The notes below the pieces were generated by a model that made no database searches, was not told where the DNA came from, and was given only the letters and a program-made list of their open reading frames with translations. The translations under genes and the position numbers were made by a program. A DNA stretch of 64,000 bases from an uncultured Bacteroidaceae bacterium (GTDB taxonomy: Bacteria > Bacillota > Clostridia > Christensenellales > CAG-917), in the NCBI GenBank assembly GCA_964599875.1, contig CAZRHE010000004.1, positions 13,943 to 77,942 of the forward strand, in the 5' to 3' direction. Positions within the stretch are counted from its first letter, which is position 1; the number at the start of each line of letters is the position of its first letter. Shown piece after piece: positions 59,364 to 64,000 of the stretch.

Positions 59364-59993
59364 CTACTTAATCTCTCGCCAATTTTCATCGTAGGGATTT
59401 TCTCGGAACGCAAGTATTCGTGCTTTTTCTTTTTCGGATATTCTCCCCGTCGCGACCGCCGCGTCAACGACCTCGTCGAGAGTGCAAAGGCTTACGTTTT
59501 TGACGGATGCGTTTTTCATCGCGTCTTCCCCCTTCTTCATCCCGTAATTCAGTATAGATACCATTCCGAGGACTTCCGCTCCCATCTGTCGCAACTGCGC
59601 CACGCTTTCAAGCACGCTCTTTGCGGTGGAAATAAGGTCTTCTATAACCACTACTTTTTGTCCCGCTTCGAGTTTGCCCTCGACTTGTCTACCCTTACCC
59701 GTGCCGCCTATTCTGACGTATCCCATGGGTAGAGCCAGCGTATGCCCCACTATCGCCGCATGCGCTATACCAGCCGTCGCAGTGCCCATAAGACACTCGC
59801 AATCGGGATATTCGCGTTTGACGCACTCCGCAATGGCGTATTCCACCTTATCTCGCAACTCGGGAGAGGTGAGGATAAGTCGATTGTCCGAATAAATCGG
59901 ACTCTTCATTCCGCTCGCCCAAACGAAAGGCTTTTCGACGTTGAGTTCGACCGCGCCTATTTCAAGCAGTCCTTTTGCGATTTCGTCGTACAT
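59364..59993 (-). CDS. pyrE: Orotate phosphoribosyltransferase
   Basis: WASGMKSPIY.DNR, GTATAGI, VVIEDLIST; TTGAAA-17-TATAAT promoter. Confidence 0.93.
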   Translation of the reverse strand: MYDEIAKGLLEIGAVELNVEKPFVWASGMKSPIYSDNRLILTSPELRDKVEYAIAECVKREYPDCECLMGTATAGIAHAAIVGHTLALPMGYVRIGGTGKGRQVEGKLEAGQKVVVIEDLISTAKSVLESVAQLRQMGAEVLGMVSILNYGMKKGEDAMKNASVKNVSLCTLDEVVDAAVATGRISEKEKARILAFRENPYDENWREIK

Positions 59994-60221
59994 AATCGAC
60001 CTCCTCTTGACGTAAAAATTATATCACACGCATGCGTATATTTCAAGAAATTTATGTCCTTTCGCTCTCGTATCCGTCGACGGAGCGTGCAACGATATAA
60101 AGTTTTATGCGCACTCATTTGCGCCAACTAATATAATCCACCTTTATTTGCGCCGCGCCGAATAGATTCGTCTTCTGCCGTCCCCGATTCGCCGTTTTGC
60201 GCCATATCAAAAATAACTCGC

Positions 60222-60263
60222 AAAAAAACAAAAACACCGCGGTTGCGGTGTTTTGTGTTTTTT
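60222..60263 (-). terminator. Intrinsic terminator
   Basis: AAAACACCGC/GCGGTGTTTT with flanking A and T tracts. Confidence 0.8.
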
Positions 60264-60273
60264 TAGTTTGCGG

Positions 60274-62163
60274 TTATTCCGCGATTTCGTCGAGCACGAC
60301 GTCGTCGAAAGTTTCTTCGTCTTCGGGTTGCTCTGCCGCCGCTTTTTTCGCATCTTCTCTCTTCTTTTCGATTTGCGCGCTAATCGTGCCGATTGCGAAT
60401 ACCATCACGACTGCGACCGCACCGAAGATGAGGAGCAAGTTTCTGAGGGACATGACGCCGCAGATGGTGACGAGCAGGTGACCGCTTTCCATCCAAGTCA
60501 TGTATTGATAGCCGAGATAACCTTGTTCGATTGCTTGAGGAATGAGGTTGATTTCGGTTTGACCTTGGTCGTTGTAGCAGAGAGAGAGATACAATCTTTG
60601 ACCGTTGGTCGCTTCGACGATGACGTTTTCAAGGTTTCCGTTGAGGATTTCTTCACCCTTGGAGAGGATTTGTGTGTCTATTATATCCCAAACCAATCCC
60701 GTTGCGTCTTCCAAGCCCATATCTAATCCCGCAAGGAGGTCGCCTATCATTGCTTCGAGGTTGCCCATGCTTGCGACTGCCATAGGATCACCGAGCATAT
60801 CGAGGACGCACCAAGTGACGAGCCCTTCGACGTAACCGCCTTCTTCATAAACGAGATAGGAGTTGCCGTCGCTTGCTTCGTACATCCCGGTGCTGACGCC
60901 GTTTACGTATTCGATATTCTTGTTCTTGCTTTGAATTTCTTCTGCGATTTCAGGCTTGTGCATATAGACGAAGTAACCGCCCATGGTGTCTTCTTTGCCG
61001 TCTGCAAGGACTTTGATTTCGCTGAAATTCGTCGCGTCGGTCACGGTGTAGTGATCGTTGAGGATGAGGCGGAGGACGACGGGGATAGTCATACGGTTGC
61101 CCGTTGCGTATCCGAGACCGCAGTCATCGTTGAGAGGGAGATATCCGTCGAGGTCCATGGATGCATAGTTCTTCGTATAAATCCAACTCATCTTTGCATT
61201 GCCCGAAGTTGTTGCTTGTGCAAGCATACCGGTGGTTTGGACGCCTTCTTCGCAGAGTTTCTTGTAAGTTGCGGAGTATTCGTCTACGAGAACGCGGCAA
61301 AGTATATGTCTTCTTGCGGTGACGTAATCGGATTCCGCACTACGATAGAGAGTGAACGTATCGCTCGCGTTCTTTTCAACTCGCACGTAGTGTCCGTCCT
61401 CTTGCGCCCATTTGGACTTAATTTGAGGCTTATTGACCGCATCGAACGCATAGTCGTAATCGGTCAAGATATAGTTGGTGTAAATCCAATCGTAAAGTTC
61501 GATATCGAGTTCGCTAAGGCCTTTGGTGCATTTGCTTTGGAGATAGACTTTGCTCTCCTCGTCATAATCGAACCAGTCGTTTGCGTTTTTCTCGTATTCG
61601 TACACTTTGTCGAGGATATCCGCGTCGTTTTTGAGTACGTCGTAAGAGTTGCCGTCATAGTTGCCGTTGACGAGGTTCAAACGGATATATTGACGGGTGT
61701 AGCCGATGATTCTGTCCGCTTGATATTCATAGTTGTTGTAAAGGTCTTCGACGAACAAAGTCTTCGAGGACAAGCCTTGGATGACGTCGGGGAATACGAG
61801 GTCCATCGCAAGACCGAACACGCCGGTAAGGACGACTACGCAGATAAGCATAGATACCGTTCTTTGCATCGCTTTTCTCTTCGTGCCTTTGCGGTTGACG
61901 ATGAGTGCGACGATAAGGAAGATAAGTCCGAACACCGCCATAATGATTGCGCCGACGTAGGGCCAGAAACTATAGTACGGTGCGCTGTCCCCTATCTTGT
62001 AGCAGATAAGAAGGGAAAGAGCAATCATCACGGGGAAGGTAAGCACGTAGCAGATTGCTTGCGCCACGCGAAGTCCCGCAATGCCTTTGACGGGTGCTTT
62101 TTTGGTGTTTTTCTTTGAGGTTGCTTCGGGGGTAATTTCAGATTTTTTATTCTTCTTACTCAT
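60274..62163 (-). CDS. Large membrane protein (3 N-terminal TMs, big ectodomain, C-terminal TM, charged tail), unknown function
   Basis: Hydropathy pattern; GGAGG RBS inside the upstream gene end. Confidence 0.8.
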   Translation of the reverse strand: MSKKNKKSEITPEATSKKNTKKAPVKGIAGLRVAQAICYVLTFPVMIALSLLICYKIGDSAPYYSFWPYVGAIIMAVFGLIFLIVALIVNRKGTKRKAMQRTVSMLICVVVLTGVFGLAMDLVFPDVIQGLSSKTLFVEDLYNNYEYQADRIIGYTRQYIRLNLVNGNYDGNSYDVLKNDADILDKVYEYEKNANDWFDYDEESKVYLQSKCTKGLSELDIELYDWIYTNYILTDYDYAFDAVNKPQIKSKWAQEDGHYVRVEKNASDTFTLYRSAESDYVTARRHILCRVLVDEYSATYKKLCEEGVQTTGMLAQATTSGNAKMSWIYTKNYASMDLDGYLPLNDDCGLGYATGNRMTIPVVLRLILNDHYTVTDATNFSEIKVLADGKEDTMGGYFVYMHKPEIAEEIQSKNKNIEYVNGVSTGMYEASDGNSYLVYEEGGYVEGLVTWCVLDMLGDPMAVASMGNLEAMIGDLLAGLDMGLEDATGLVWDIIDTQILSKGEEILNGNLENVIVEATNGQRLYLSLCYNDQGQTEINLIPQAIEQGYLGYQYMTWMESGHLLVTICGVMSLRNLLLIFGAVAVVMVFAIGTISAQIEKKREDAKKAAAEQPEDEETFDDVVLDEIAE

Positions 62164-62167
62164 TTTC

Positions 62168-64000
62168 TTACACCTCCTCGATATTTTCGACGTCAATCGA
62201 GGCTTCGTCCTCTACGGCGTCCGCGCCCTTTTTGGATTTTTTAGCCTTTTTGGATTTGACTTCGACTTGACCGGTTGCCCAGAGCACTTCTCTGTCCGCC
62301 GCGATATAGTACATTGCGGTGAAGAAGAGTGCGAACACGGCGAACGTCATGAGCATATCTCTTACGATGAGAATGGAATACATTGCGGGTTTGTAGGAGA
62401 TATCCGTTTTGAGTTGTTGCACTGCGGAGAGGTCTGCAAGTCCGTGAGAACTATCGTAAGAACCGTCGCCAAGGTCGGAGCCGATAAGACGGCAACCCGC
62501 CATATAACCGTGCGTACCGCCTTCGTGGGTCGCTCTCATAAATTCGGAATATGCTTGCGCGTATGCGTTCTCTGCGATTTCAAGTTCGCTTGCGTTTTCC
62601 GCAAGTTCGTCCGCGTAGAAATCGTATGCGGGAAGGATGACGGGGGATTCGAAACTATAAAGGGTTTCGAGTATGCCGACTATCATCGCGTCGAATGCTT
62701 CTTGAGAATTGTCTTCCGCCGTCGCAGAGAGTCCGAGCATGGTAATCAAGGATGCGAGTGCGTCGTTGTTGATTCCGATATAATCGAGCAAGCCTTTGAC
62801 GGATGCAAGACCGAATTCGTCGTCGAGGACGAGCGCATATGCGTCGGATTTGCTTGCGAGGGACGCCGTGACGGTCAAGAAACCGTCGGTGGTGCCGATA
62901 GCAAGGTTAAGGGATTTGATATCGTCGGAAAGCAAACTGTTGATGACGGGAACGAGGGATTCGTCAAGAACCAATCCGAGTATGTCGCTCAAACTGAACG
63001 AAAGAGTCTTGAACGAGGAAATGCCTCCCAAAAGACTTCCGATCGCTTCGAGTCCGCCGACGTTTTCACCGAGAGCGGAAAGAATCGTGTTGAGTTCGCC
63101 TGCGGTGAGGGAATATCCCGCTGCCGCCGCCATTTCGGATTCGTACAACGCTCTGATATACGCGTCGTCGTTGTCGACGTAATAACTTTCGAGTTTCGCG
63201 TTTGCGTTCTTGAGGATTTCTTCCTTGAGGTCGTCTTCTTCAAGTTCGCCGCCTGCCGCTTTGTATGCAGCATATGCCGTTTCCATGTCGAGTTGCGCTT
63301 GATAGTACGCTTCGAGAATGTTGAGAGCAACGTCTATATCATAGATATAACCGTCTGCGAGAAGACCGTTTTGATTGTAATATGCAAGACCGTAGTGCCC
63401 TTCGGTTTTGGTTGCTTGATTGTTTTCGTCGACGTTTACGAATTTGTCGCCGTTGTACCAAACGAAGTTCTTATATGCAACGACTTTGTCGATGTTGCCG
63501 TATTCGGTAGGCATGATTTGTTCATAAACTCTTGCGTACACGTTTGCGGTAATGGTTTGTTCGTTTTCACCGTTGATATCTTTGACGGTGATTTCTTTGA
63601 ACCAATATCTGTTTTCGACGGGTTTATAATTATCGGGATTGAAGGTTACGTCTACTCTGACGTGATCTCCTTCGTCGCCGACGACGCCGTTTGCGTTATA
63701 ATCGAATCCCGCAACGGTGAAGATAGGATCGTCGTAATAAAGCGCTTGGTTTGCAAAGTTCGCCGCTTCGGACAACTTCATATCGCCGTAGTACGGGATA
63801 TTGTAAACGCGGAGGAAGTCTTCGACGTCGTCGATGAGTTCGTCCGTGTAAGAAGTTCTGAGGCCGTTGCCCTCTTCGCCGCCGGTGTTGTAGCGATAAT
63901 AAGAGAGTTGGTCTTTGTAGTCTTTCACGGTGACGGTGCCGTCGAGTTTGCCCGCTTCGATTGCGATTTCGTCAACCTTCGAGGTGTAAATCGCGTCGAT
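62168..64000 (-). CDS. Large membrane protein, 5'-partial (frame open to the window edge)
   Basis: Frame continues to 64000 (IDAIYTSKVDE...); C-terminal TM and Lys/acidic tail like the downstream gene. Confidence 0.8.
   Translation of the reverse strand: MDAIYTSKVDEIAIEAGKLDGTVTVKDYKDQLSYYRYNTGGEEGNGLRTSYTDELIDDVEDFLRVYNIPYYGDMKLSEAANFANQALYYDDPIFTVAGFDYNANGVVGDEGDHVRVDVTFNPDNYKPVENRYWFKEITVKDINGENEQTITANVYARVYEQIMPTEYGNIDKVVAYKNFVWYNGDKFVNVDENNQATKTEGHYGLAYYNQNGLLADGYIYDIDVALNILEAYYQAQLDMETAYAAYKAAGGELEEDDLKEEILKNANAKLESYYVDNDDAYIRALYESEMAAAAGYSLTAGELNTILSALGENVGGLEAIGSLLGGISSFKTLSFSLSDILGLVLDESLVPVINSLLSDDIKSLNLAIGTTDGFLTVTASLASKSDAYALVLDDEFGLASVKGLLDYIGINNDALASLITMLGLSATAEDNSQEAFDAMIVGILETLYSFESPVILPAYDFYADELAENASELEIAENAYAQAYSEFMRATHEGGTHGYMAGCRLIGSDLGDGSYDSSHGLADLSAVQQLKTDISYKPAMYSILIVRDMLMTFAVFALFFTAMYYIAADREVLWATGQVEVKSKKAKKSKKGADAVEDEASIDVENIEEV

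Noticed and set aside
60100-60210. Three TTTGCGCC words upstream of the pyrE promoter as a mini-CRISPR or PyrR site
   Set aside because: Only 8 bp with irregular spacing, located upstream of the promoter, with no cas genes and no PyrR-type leader.
1-64000. Prophage, IS, CRISPR or defence island
   Set aside because: No integrase, transposase, cas, restriction-modification or phage structural motifs, no regular repeat-spacer array, and uniform codon style.

Overview
A 64-kb stretch of core chromosome from an anaerobic Firmicute, most likely an uncultured gut Clostridia (inferred from the glmU-pth-mfd-prsA, tmk-holB-ricT and ecfAA'T-truA synteny, walJ-rlmH and a clostridial ferredoxin). It holds about 50 CDS: housekeeping genes (mfd, pth, glnS, leuS, serS, tmk, holB, truA, tadA, rlmH, pyrE), transporters, two glycoside hydrolases, several regulators and many uncharacterised envelope proteins. 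I saw no tRNA, rRNA, CRISPR array, transposase, integrase or phage genes. The strongest candidate for an undescribed system is a three-gene operon (13888-16659): a zinc-ribbon/coiled-coil protein plus two paralogous 4-TM proteins, all three carrying the same ~20-aa motif (Q-[LM]-P-x-[IV]..P..D) in disordered cytoplasmic regions. Other notable items: a terminator/antiterminator leader upstream of a MATE pump; a 56-aa membrane peptide missed by the ORF track, with nested 5'-3' mRNA pairing reminiscent of type I toxin mRNAs; a GlmU with an eroded uridyltransferase half; a large, divergent PrsA-like protein; directly readable ECF-sigma, MarR and TetR sites; and several apparently leaderless genes.
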